64,000 bases of DNA, taken from assembly GCF_000143415.4 (NCBI RefSeq), contig NW_003314262.1:6075531-6139530 (forward strand), read 5' to 3'. This DNA is from Selaginella moellendorffii. Taxonomy: Eukaryota > Plantae > Lycopodiophyta. Within the stretch, counting starts at the first letter, position 1. Every line of letters begins with the position of its first letter. This document shows, piece by piece, positions 10,164 through 20,381 of the stretch. Both the position numbers and the translations under genes were made by a program. The notes beneath the pieces are model-generated. The model had not been told where the DNA came from, did not search any database, and saw nothing but the letters and a program-made list of their open reading frames with translations.

Positions 10164-12401
10164 ATGGTATGTGTTCTTGCCCAAAAGCCCTGTGTTCCTC
10201 TTGGCCAAGAACACGATGATCGCCACGATGAGGTCTCTATCCTCGCCAAGATCGTTCGGCAGTGTGGATCCAGCCACGATCTCGACGCAGGCAAGCGCAT
10301 CCACGCCCGGATCCGGCGAAGCCGTCACTGCCGTGACAAGCTCCTCGCCAATCTCCTCGTGGAGATGTATGGCAAATGCGGGTGCCTGGATCACGCGAGG
10401 ATGGTTTTCTCAGGGATTCGCCGCCCCAATTCCTTCTCCTGGAGCGCGATGATCGGCGCTTGCGGATCAAACGGCTGCGTGGACGAGGCCAAGAAGATCT
10501 TCGACAGCATTCCAGAGAAAGAGAGAACTGTGGCGTCGTGGAATTCGCTCGTTTTGGCCTACTGTGAGGAGGATGGGGATTTGAGCAGGGCGAAGGAGAT
10601 CTGGGAAGAGATGCCCGAGAGGGATGAGAGATCATGGGGTATCATGCTTGCGGCGTATGCCCAGAGAGGGCATGTTTTGCAAGCGAAAGAGATGTTCTCG
10701 GATTTGCCACAAGATAACCTCGTCTATAAAACGATCATGATCACTGCTTATAGCCGAGCTGGGCGCGTTGATCGAGCGCTCGAGATCTTTGAATCGATTG
10801 AAGATCCCAGTAGCGTCTCTTGGACTGCTATTGTCGCTGCATTTGCCCAGAACGGGCAAATCGAACAAGCTAAAGATTTCTTCAAGAGGATGCCAGAAAA
10901 GACTCCAATCGCTTGGAACGCAATGATCTCTGGATTCTCCGATCAAGGAAACGTTGTTGAGGCGAAAGAGTTTTTTGATCGAATGCCTCGAGCGGATGTT
11001 GTCTCGTGGACAACGCTGGTGACAGCATTTGCCCATAACGGAGACTTGCTAGCAGCTCGAGAGATCTTCGGCAGAATGCCACATAAAAACGTTGCGTCGT
11101 GGAACGCGATGATCGGAGCCTACACGCAAGCCGGATCGCTCGAAAGCGCGAGAAATCTCTTCGATGGGATGCCGAAAAGGAACATCCAGTCGTGGAATGC
11201 AATGATCTCGGGGTATGCCCAACACGGGCATGTAGATCAAGCCAAGCAGCTCTTCGATCAAATGGAACGCCACACACTCGTCTCCTGGAACGCGATGCTC
11301 GCGGCTTATGCTCATGCCGGTCTCTACGAGCTCGCGGTCGAGTTCTTCCACTCGATGGCCCGCAAGAACATTGTTTCGTGGACGAGTTTGCTCAGTCTTC
11401 ACGCCAACCGTGGCGACTTAAGCTCCGCGCGGGCGATCTTCGACTCGATGCCCGAGAGGAATCTCTGTTCGTGCAATGCGATGCTCGCCGGATGTGTCGC
11501 CAATGGATCTATCGGAGAGGCGAGGGAGATTTTCGAGGAGATGGCTCTCAGGAACGGGGTGTCGTGGAACACTATACTGGATGGCTACTCCAGAGCTGGA
11601 AATCTGGAAGAAACGAAGTGGATGTTTGATAGGAATCCTCGTGCTGGCGCTGCTTCGCTGGTGGCTCTGATCGAAACTTATGCTCGCCACGATCGACTCG
11701 ACGACGCTCGCGACTTTGTCCAGCAGTTCATGCAAGCTGGAGAGAATTGCGTGGTGTGGACGGCCCTGGTCACGGCTTTCTCTCAGCACGGACGATTGAT
11801 CCAAGCAAAAGAGCTCTTTGATCAAATCTCCGAGAAGACCATCATCTCCTGGAACGCGATGGTGGCAGCCTACGCTCAAAACGGGCATTTCCAGCGGGCA
11901 AAGAAGCTCTTTGACGAGCTTCCCGAGCGGAGTACCTCGTCCTGGAACTCGATAATCGCCGCAAACTCGACAGATGGTCGCTGGAAATTCGCTCTCGAGC
12001 TCTTCCACTCCATGACTCTGGATGGAGTCCGAGCCGACGACATAACTCTGCTGTGCGTTCTCTTCGCGTGCAGCCACTCGGGATTGCTGGGAGTTAGCAG
12101 GAACTTTTTCCACTGCATCTCTAAGGACTGGGATGCTCTCCCTACTTTGCAGCACTACCACGCCATGATAGATCTCCTTGCGCGGTCTGGTGAAGTTGGA
12201 AGATCGCAAGAGCTTGTGGAAACAATGCCTTACGTTTCGAGTTCTATTGCTTGGGCGAGTTTACTGGGATCATACAGAACTCAAGGAGGCGATCACAGGT
12301 CTCTAGCAAAGCTCGCAGCAGGGCATGTAACTAGAATAGAAGCCGGAAAGGCTGGAGCATACGTTTTACTCTCAAATACTATATTCTCTACATATAACTA
12401 A
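10164..12401 (+). CDS. PLS-class PPR protein (E domain, no DYW), 745 aa
   Basis: Same architecture; ends GAYVLLSNTIFSTYN*. Head-to-head with the preceding PPR gene. Confidence 0.95.
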   Translation: MVCVLAQKPCVPLGQEHDDRHDEVSILAKIVRQCGSSHDLDAGKRIHARIRRSRHCRDKLLANLLVEMYGKCGCLDHARMVFSGIRRPNSFSWSAMIGACGSNGCVDEAKKIFDSIPEKERTVASWNSLVLAYCEEDGDLSRAKEIWEEMPERDERSWGIMLAAYAQRGHVLQAKEMFSDLPQDNLVYKTIMITAYSRAGRVDRALEIFESIEDPSSVSWTAIVAAFAQNGQIEQAKDFFKRMPEKTPIAWNAMISGFSDQGNVVEAKEFFDRMPRADVVSWTTLVTAFAHNGDLLAAREIFGRMPHKNVASWNAMIGAYTQAGSLESARNLFDGMPKRNIQSWNAMISGYAQHGHVDQAKQLFDQMERHTLVSWNAMLAAYAHAGLYELAVEFFHSMARKNIVSWTSLLSLHANRGDLSSARAIFDSMPERNLCSCNAMLAGCVANGSIGEAREIFEEMALRNGVSWNTILDGYSRAGNLEETKWMFDRNPRAGAASLVALIETYARHDRLDDARDFVQQFMQAGENCVVWTALVTAFSQHGRLIQAKELFDQISEKTIISWNAMVAAYAQNGHFQRAKKLFDELPERSTSSWNSIIAANSTDGRWKFALELFHSMTLDGVRADDITLLCVLFACSHSGLLGVSRNFFHCISKDWDALPTLQHYHAMIDLLARSGEVGRSQELVETMPYVSSSIAWASLLGSYRTQGGDHRSLAKLAAGHVTRIEAGKAGAYVLLSNTIFSTYN

Positions 12402-12682
12402 ATTCACTTTTCAATTTTCCCATGGATTTCACGCATGATAGATTCTCAATACAATCAAATGCATAGTTCTAGTCCAGGTATATTCTATTCCACATTGCTG
12501 TAGCTCTAACCGCGAGGTTCAAGTCAACCGAAACTTCCCTGGTCTTGTCTCGCCGAAAAACAGATCTATAAAAACCTCACGCTTTGATATGATCGATAAA
12601 CTCAAAGGGAATTTGAAACTCCACTCGAAGTTTTCTTCTCCGAGTTTTCTAGCTCCAGTCACTTTAAAGTTTTCTGCAGAAA

Positions 12683-12895
12683 ATGGAGAGAGCAAGGATG
12701 GTTCATGTTGTGATCTTGGCCGTGCTTCTTCTGTTTCTCCATGGCGCTGCTGCTGCCAGGCCCTTCCAGTCGCCGTCAAAACCAGCATCATCTCCAGCCA
12801 TTTCATTAGGATCACCAAGTAGAATCAATTGTAACGAGAGAGAAGGAAGAACACCAGCGGCAACAAAGGAAGGAAACCCAGCACATCACAACTAG
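12683..12895 (+). CDS. Candidate small secreted peptide precursor, 70 aa
   Basis: Hydrophobic signal VVILAVLLLFLHGAAAA followed by RP; Ser/Pro-rich spacer; C-terminus GNPAHHN; TATA-like CTATAAAAA at ~12567. Confidence 0.6.
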   Translation: MERARMVHVVILAVLLLFLHGAAAARPFQSPSKPASSPAISLGSPSRINCNEREGRTPAATKEGNPAHHN

Positions 12896-13689
12896 AAACT
12901 ATCTAGTCCTTGGAAGGCAATTCCCAAGGCCATGCTTCTCACTTCGAAAGCTAATATAACAAGTTTTTTACCTCGAGAATCAAGGTGAAGTTGCAAACAA
13001 TTCCTGGCTACTATACACTTGCCAAAAGTGAGGTCTGATTTTGTTAATCCGGACGAAACTTCTTTTGCGACCGCGAACCGCAATTCTTTCGTGACATCTC
13101 ATTGAGGCCCTCGAAGGAACTACAGAGAAATCAGCAGAGCCTCGTAATTGGATCCTAACCGACCAAAGACCCAAATTCATTGATCATAGACCATAGACAT
13201 TATTATAATTGACCGCGGAACAACTGTAGATGCCGCAATCAAATCCGTGCCATTGACAAGCATTCAAAGTGGAGCGACATTTCCCCGCTATATAAGCCCC
13301 AAGTTTGCACAACAACCCGAAAGTGAGAGGAGAGATCAGGAATGGTTCATGCGATTGATGCTGCTACCAAGCCATTATTATCAAGGTAACATTCACTTGA
13401 AGTGTTTAGTATCGACTACTTGCTCCAGCCAATTTTTTCAGCATAACAAGGTAAGATCACACCCAGCTACAACGAAAGATAATCTGATAACAGCCTAAAG
13501 CGGTGCCAAACTTTCCATCTGATATAATCGAAATTTTCTTTGTCTCCACAAACCCGTGGATAGCTACGAGGAGGAATTTGATGGCGATGCCGCAGCGCCA
13601 TGCAGCGATTTCGTGGACGAGGAGCTACGGCGCGAGATTCTCAGGTACGGCCATGTACAGGAAAGGGGACAGCTTTCTCTAGTAGATTT

Positions 13690-14160
13690 GTTTAGTATTA
13701 ATTATTAGTGGAAATATATAATAAATTGTTATGAGTTAGGAATGTTTGGTTTGCTTAATGGTAGTTTATTATTACTTATCAATCTAATTGATCAAATAAA
13801 GTTTATAATTATAAGCATGTTTGTAATTTATAAACACAAGATTAATCTTTATTGATAGAATAAAAAAGAATATACTAAAAAGAGTTTTAAGAAATTTATA
13901 AATTATAAACATGTTTATAAATTATAAATACAAGATTAATCTAAATGAATAACAACTGTTAGATGGTAGAATATCCTAAAATATTCAAGCATATTCTAAA
14001 TATATTCACTACCCTAAAGCAAACTAATTATATAATATTTAAATATATTTAAGTATATTTATTTTAGTATATCTTATCATTAATTGAGTTTATAAAATTA
14101 TTTACATTCTTCTCCAAAAAGATTTAAAATTTATACTTTTTTTAAATAAAAATAACACTA
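13690..14160. repeat. AT-rich dispersed repeat (non-autonomous TE-like); same family as ~36400-36514 and 41521-42030
   Basis: Shared blocks TTGGTTTGCTTAAT...GATCAAATA, TTTATAAATTATAAACA and AGATTAATCTAAATGAATAACAAC..TTAGATGGTAGAATATCC. Confidence 0.8.
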
Positions 14161-14224
14161 TTTATTTACTTACCATCAAAGGACTGAAGAACAACTGTTA
14201 ACTTATTCAAGCATTTAGTGGCTT

Positions 14225-15855
14225 TTACTTGACGGAAGGATAAGTACACACACCATAGCCTGCAAGAACACAAGAAACCAAAGCCTCGTTCAAGCAAAAC
14301 GAAGAAAAGGAGCGAGGATGGAAAACTCACTTGGATCCGAGAGGGTGAGCATCGCCGTGTTCCCAAAGTAGCAGTTCCACTTGTTCCCCCCGTGCTTGAC
14401 GAAGTAGCTGTTGAACGCGTAGGAAGCATGCGATGGAAGATCATTCGGGTAGAAGCACTGCGCTCCAAACTGGATCGCAGTGCAATCCGCAAGACCCTCG
14501 CCGCAAGCGTAATTCAGCGCCACCAGCAGCGAGTTCGCATCGGCATTCGGCTTGGCGACGCACCACACCGGACCGGGACCTCCGGGTCCAATCCCGGGGT
14601 TGTTCGGGGGGCCGGGATCCGCCGCTGGAGAAGCCGGAGCCGGGGGACTCGACGCCGGAGTGGTGGTGGAGTTTGAGCTCGAGTTTGTCGCGGGAGAGCC
14701 TGTGCTTGGAGCTGCCGCTGTGGTTTTCATCAAGCCGATGTCGTAAGATAGCGTTCCATCCGGCCGGAAGATGCCGAAGTTCCTCTCGGACGTCGGCCCC
14801 GGCTTGAGGTCCTCGTTGAAGAGAGAGAAGATGTAGGCCTCGAGCGGGACGCGAGGCCGGGCCGGAGTTCCCACACCCGAGTTGACGAAGGATATGAGGT
14901 TCCTGTTGTAGTTCATGGCGTTTTGGACGCTGACACCCGGCTCGCTCACGTCCCCGACCGACGGCCACCCCGTCTCGGACACCGAGAGCTCCATGTTTGG
15001 GAAGCCGAGCTTCTCCATGGCGAAGTAGACAGCGTCCAGCTGTGCCGAGAGGAGGTTTGTGTAGACGAGGCCTGTTCGTGGATCCGCAAAGCCTCCGTTT
15101 GGAAGAAAGAGAGCGTATGGAAGCGAGATGTCGGACGGATTGTTCCTGTAGGCGAAGTAAGGATACGCGTTGATCATGAGCGGCGCTTTGGTGAGCGACA
15201 GGAACTGAAGCACGGACTTGAGCGCGGTGTCGACGACCTTGGACTTGAAAATTCCGCTGGATGGAGGAAACGAGACCGAGAGGATGCCGAGCGACTGTGG
15301 CGACGTGACTTTCACCTGGTCGTCAGCTTTGAAACCCACGAGCGCGTTGTGGAGGTTTTGCATTGCCGGGAGGAGCACGGACGCTAGCTGCTGCTCGCTC
15401 GTGGTGAGAACCTCGTTGCCGACGCTGATATACTTGATCTTCGTCTTTGGGAGGTGCTGGACGACGTTCTTGGACACCCAGGCGTTTGCGAAGCTCGGGC
15501 TTCCCAGCCTCGGGATCTCCTCGTTGGTCACACCGATCACCACCTCGACGCCGGTGTCCGAGAGCGCAGAGAGCATGGCCGAGTCTGCGTCGTAGAGCTT
15601 GAGTTTCCCAATGGACGACGACTTAAGAAGCTTGACAACTTCCCCTGGAGGAGAAAGGTTGTCAGCCAGGCTTCCATAGTTCACGCCTATGGCTGCCTCC
15701 GCTGATAGAACGAACAGGAGCGAACGATCTCAGGCTCGGCCAGGAGAAAGGAAAAAAAACAACATACCTGACGATATGCTACACGCAAACACCAGCCACA
15801 GAGCAACGAAGAGCATAGCCACCTTGTTCTTCTTCCCGATGGTTCCAATCACCAT
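14225..15855 (-). CDS. Glucan endo-1,3-beta-glucosidase (GH17) with C-terminal X8/CBM43 domain, 3 exons
   Basis: GVNYG, VGNEV, NAYPYF, SETGWPS, LFNEDLKPGPTSERNFG, X8 WCVAK...YACG..ADC...SYAFNSY. Exons 15855-15768 (signal peptide), 15701-14331, 14259-14225. Confidence 0.95.
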
Positions 15856-16437
15856 CTTCTTCTTCCTCCTCCTCGCCTTCTCGTTCTTCGCATTCACCTC
15901 GCAATGCCCCCCGAGGAGAAAAAAATGCCACCTTTGCAAAAGTAGTAGCAAAGGCTCACAACGTACGACACTGCCGCTGCCAACATCCCAGAGCCTCTTT
16001 TCTCGTCATTCTTTCTTTCCAGTAACCGGTATTAAAGTTCCAAGCTCCTCGTCTCTTGCAGCCCACAAATCTATGCTCCTTTTCGTCCAAATTTGATAGC
16101 GACACGTCGCTAAAGCTTCTCCCTCCTTTAAACCCAGAAGCTTTTCTTCCTCTTCCGCTTCGCTTTGGCAGAAAAAAGAGGAAGAAAGGCGACCGCGAAA
16201 TCGACCCGACAGCGGCAGGCAGAGATCTGGCGCTTGTTCGCTGAGACACGCACCAAATTTCTGGGAAATCCGGTGACCTATCCATCGCCGAATTTATCTG
16301 TACCTGCGTTGCCGCTCACTCCATCGTCCCAGGGCATGAAAATCGTCGCCTACCAAATCGCCCAAGAGCTCGAGCCCTAGACTCAAAGGCGGGTAATTTA
16401 AACATATTTTTGGAGGGAAATTTAAAATCCACCCAAC

Positions 16438-18501
16438 CTAAGTGGCGGGAATTTGAATGCTGTGGAGAAGCACGTAAGGCGCGGAGTTCTTGGCATCGAG
16501 GCTAAACGCTTGCCTGGCGGCGTGCTTGGCGAGATCCGGGTTTCCATGGATCTTGCAGGATCCCACCAACGTCGTCCATGAAATCCCATCTCCGGATTGC
16601 TGCTGGATCATCTCCCGGGCCCTGTGGAGCTGCCCAGATCGCCCCAGGATATCGACTAGGGCTCGTCGATGTTCCAGGGTCTCCTCGATGCTGTAGTCCG
16701 ATCGCATCGATTCCAGGCAGCTGGAGCAGCGATCGATCATCCCGGCGTGGGCGCAGGCTGTGAGGACGCTGCTGAAGGTCACATCGCTGGGTTCCAATCC
16801 CTCCATTGCCATCGCCAGGAAGAGCTCCAGGCTCAAAGCATGGTGCCCATTTAGCGCGTAGACGGCGATCATCGCGTTCCACGATATGAGATCCCGCCAC
16901 GGCATTTGATCGAAGAGAGCTCTCGCCGATTCGATCCGGCTGTTCTGCCCCAATCCGGCAATGAGCGCGTTCCAGGCGACGAGATCGCGGCACGGCATGG
17001 CGGCGAAGAGCGCGATCGCGGAATTGAAGTGGGCGAAATGGGCGTAGCCAGCAATCAGCGACGTCCACGACACCACATCCCAGTGTGGCATTCGATCGAA
17101 GAGCTCTTGCGCCTCGTGGAGCCTCCCGGCTTGCGCCAGCGCGGCCACCATCGCCGTGGAGAGGATCACGTCTCGGCTAGGAGAAGGGAACCCCTGATAG
17201 AGCTCGATCGATTCTTCCAAGAGTCCGATCTGGGCATACGCCGCCAGGAGCGCCGTGGTCGCCATCGCGTCGCGCTCGGGCATTCGATCCAGCAGGCTCC
17301 TCGATTCCTCCAGCTCCCCGTGCTGGGCATAGCCCGCAACGATGGTGTTCCAGGAGATTTGATCCCGCCGCGGCATCCTCTCGAACAGATCCCTCGCGCT
17401 CGCGAGATCCTGGCGCCGCGCGTAGCCGGAGATCATCGCGTTCCAGCTGACGAGATTGCGCTGTTCCATTGCATCGAAGAGAGCCCTGGCAGCAGCAAGA
17501 TCACCGCTCTCGCACAACCCAGTGATCACTGCATTGCACGACACGACGCAGTGTCGTGGCATTCGATCAAACATCGCCATCGCCTCGCCGATTCGATCGT
17601 TCTGCGCATACGCCGACAGCATCGCCGTCCAGGAGATCAAATCACCATAGGGCATCTCGAAGAACACGCGCTTGGCATCTTCCAGATGCCCATTCTGGGC
17701 ATATGCCGCAAGCATGGTGTTCCAGGAAACTATATTCCTCTCCGGCATCCACTCAAACACGTATCGCGCTTTCAGGATATTCCCGTAATGCCCGTGTGCC
17801 GCGACCATAGCCGTCCACGAAACGACGTCGCGAAAAACCATACGCTTGAATATGCCTAACACGGTTTCCAGATGCCCGGCATCGGCATTTGCTGCAAGGA
17901 GGGCATTCCACGCTACTAAGCTGTGCTCCGGCATCTTTTCCAAAAGAGAATCTCCCACTGCAAGATGCTTGTTCTCTACGCACCCGCAAATCATCGCGTT
18001 CCACGTGGCAACGTTCCACGCCGGCATGCCATCGAAGATTCTTCTAGCCTCGTCAAGATACCCGGCCTGGGCATATGCTCCGAGCATCGTGTTCCACGTC
18101 ACCACGTCCCTCTCCTCCATCTGATCAAAGAGATCCCGGGCGTCCGCGAGCCGTCCATTTTGGATATACGCTGCCATGAGAGTGTTCCAGGAGACGAGGT
18201 TTCTCACTGGAGGAGGAATCTCTCTAAAGACACGCTCTGCGTTGCGGAGATCTCCATTTTGCGCGTAGCCGGACATCATGATGTTCCACGAGAAGGCATT
18301 GCGAGCTTGGATGCTGGAGAAGACCTCGAATGCTTGCTCCAAGCTCCCACACTTTGCGTACATTTCCACCAGGAGGTTCTTGAGCAAGAGATTGTTCGCG
18401 AGATCGCTGCGCTCCACCTGAGCGTGAACCTCTCTTCCGCCGGACAAATCCTTGCAATCCCGGCAGCGAGTTATGCGCTGCGCAAATTCCTGGAGCGCCA
18501 T
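16438..18501 (-). CDS. PLS-class PPR protein (E domain, no DYW)
   Basis: LVEMYAKCG, S-motif array, ends SAPYVLLHSIQIPAT*. First ATG at 18501. Confidence 0.93.
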   Translation of the reverse strand: MALQEFAQRITRCRDCKDLSGGREVHAQVERSDLANNLLLKNLLVEMYAKCGSLEQAFEVFSSIQARNAFSWNIMMSGYAQNGDLRNAERVFREIPPPVRNLVSWNTLMAAYIQNGRLADARDLFDQMEERDVVTWNTMLGAYAQAGYLDEARRIFDGMPAWNVATWNAMICGCVENKHLAVGDSLLEKMPEHSLVAWNALLAANADAGHLETVLGIFKRMVFRDVVSWTAMVAAHGHYGNILKARYVFEWMPERNIVSWNTMLAAYAQNGHLEDAKRVFFEMPYGDLISWTAMLSAYAQNDRIGEAMAMFDRMPRHCVVSCNAVITGLCESGDLAAARALFDAMEQRNLVSWNAMISGYARRQDLASARDLFERMPRRDQISWNTIVAGYAQHGELEESRSLLDRMPERDAMATTALLAAYAQIGLLEESIELYQGFPSPSRDVILSTAMVAALAQAGRLHEAQELFDRMPHWDVVSWTSLIAGYAHFAHFNSAIALFAAMPCRDLVAWNALIAGLGQNSRIESARALFDQMPWRDLISWNAMIAVYALNGHHALSLELFLAMAMEGLEPSDVTFSSVLTACAHAGMIDRCSSCLESMRSDYSIEETLEHRRALVDILGRSGQLHRAREMIQQQSGDGISWTTLVGSCKIHGNPDLAKHAARQAFSLDAKNSAPYVLLHSIQIPAT

Positions 18502-18679
18502 TGCTTTGATCACTTGGAACCAACTTTGGATCCATGACCCCTGTAACTTTCACAGGAAAAATCGTTAAGAAGCTCGCAAGTTTTAACTAACTCCTACTTC
18601 AAATAAAACTTAGAAAAAACGCTACAAACGAAGACAAAGAAGAGATAGAAACTTATCTATGAGAGTACGTAGTAAGAGA

Positions 18680-19933
18680 TCATACTACTCGGCGTGAAAG
18701 ACTGGCCCCTGTTCGATCAAGCAAAGTGAGCTGCGAAGAAAACGTAACGGAGGCAATACGTACCGAGAGGGTATATCGTTCGTATGTGTGAACTAGCTTG
18801 TCATACTTGAGCGTCCAAGCTTCCGTGAGCTTCTTCTCCTTCATCTCCGCGTCTCTCTCGAGATTGGACACCAGCTCGCTATAGTCCTGCTCCACCTTCT
18901 GTAAAAACTGCTTTTTCTCCTCCTTGAGAGCTTTCACTCTGGCGTCCACCTCCTGGATCTTCTGGCGCTGCTTCTCGGCCTTCTCACACTCCAGCTGCTG
19001 CTTGAGTTCCTTGAGCTTCGAGCTGATCCCCTTCTTCTGCTGAATCCAGTTCTCTCGCTGCTCTCTCAGCTCCTTGAAAAGCTCAAACATTGACAGATTC
19101 GAGCCTTCGTTGTTGTCGCTTGACTCGGAAGCTGGATCCAGGCAGTCGAGCCCCTCGTCGGCTGTCCGCGAAGAGGACAGAGACAGCGACGATTCAGTGA
19201 GCGTCGAGGCGATCTGGATCTCCAGCTTTTTCGGGATCCACTTTGGCATAGTCACGCCAGAAGTCGCCACCACCTCCATTGGGAACTGCTTCTGGAAGGT
19301 CGTAGACGGTCCCAGAGTGAGCAGCGTTTCATCCCCGGACAAAGCCTCGGTGGTGGTAACTCCAGACGCATTGTTTCCAAAGTGATCCTGGCATACTGTC
19401 GGCGGCCCGCATATGTCATTCGCATCTGGTGTCGACGTAGAAAACGCAGGAGCCCCGTTGACGCAGAGATCAGGCGTGCTCGAAAGGAAAGGCCTCGAGA
19501 AACCCGGAGCTAGAGCTTGAAGATGCATCGCTTCCATGACCATGCTGTCACAGTTTCCCGTCGCTGCATGGGTGCTCAGTAACTTCTTCTTGTCCTTGAT
19601 CAAGCGTTCCTTGTAAACCTCCCACCACTTGCCTAGGCGTTTAGCTGTTCGTCCCGGAACTTCGGCCGCAATGCGCTTCCATTTGTTGCCGTACTTGGTC
19701 TGGAGCTTGATGACAAGCTGCTGTTCTTCGTCTGTGAGAGGCCCCTTCTTGATCCCAGGTTTGAGATAGTTCTTCCACCTTTCGTGGCACGACTTGGGAT
19801 CTCGGTCGAGCGGTTCACCCATCCGCTCGGAGATGAGGTTCCAGTCGTCTGCCCCATACTGTGTCACGTAAGCGCATAGAATAGCGTCTTCCTCGGGCTG
19901 CCAGCGTTGTCTATCTTTCGTTGCGATTGACAT
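18680..19933 (-). CDS. ARP: ARP-family (ASYMMETRIC LEAVES1/ROUGH SHEATH2/PHANTASTICA) R2R3-MYB repressor
   Basis: RQRWQPEED...KSCHERWKNYLKPGIKKG...YGNKWKRIAAEVPGRTAKRLGKWWEVYKE plus C-terminal coiled coil. Predicted 55-bp 5'UTR intron at 19945-19999. The extreme 3' end may be spliced. Confidence 0.95.
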   Translation of the reverse strand: MSIATKDRQRWQPEEDAILCAYVTQYGADDWNLISERMGEPLDRDPKSCHERWKNYLKPGIKKGPLTDEEQQLVIKLQTKYGNKWKRIAAEVPGRTAKRLGKWWEVYKERLIKDKKKLLSTHAATGNCDSMVMEAMHLQALAPGFSRPFLSSTPDLCVNGAPAFSTSTPDANDICGPPTVCQDHFGNNASGVTTTEALSGDETLLTLGPSTTFQKQFPMEVVATSGVTMPKWIPKKLEIQIASTLTESSLSLSSSRTADEGLDCLDPASESSDNNEGSNLSMFELFKELREQRENWIQQKKGISSKLKELKQQLECEKAEKQRQKIQEVDARVKALKEEKKQFLQKVEQDYSELVSNLERDAEMKEKKLTEAWTLKYDKLVHTYERYTLSVRIASVTFSSQLTLLDRTGASLSRRVV

Positions 19934-20381
19934 TTTCACAAATCCTGAAAGAGTAAACAAATGCCACCATTTGTTTAGAAAAAAACATTGAGGCGTTACC
20001 TTCTCGTGCTGTCTTTTTGCAAAGGTTGACTACATCTTCAATGGAGAAAAGAACAGGAAAAAAAAAAGAGAGAAAAAAAACCTGGCCAGCAGAAAAAAGA
20101 AGAGGAAAAAAGAAACAAGGAAACTAACGTGAACTCCAGGGCACTAAGGAACAAGAACAATCAAAGTTTACAGCTATTTTACCGCGATCTTTGATACTAA
20201 GAAGAAGATGACGAAGAAACGCCATAAACGAGAAAATACTGGCCAGGTGAACTTCGATGCGGATCACATACTACTATGATCACCACTCACCGAGGAGAAA
20301 ACGCAAGAAAACCACGACGAGTTTAGCTACCCGAGGACAAGACTATCGCACTTACTTCTACATCCATGGCTGGTCACGAAC

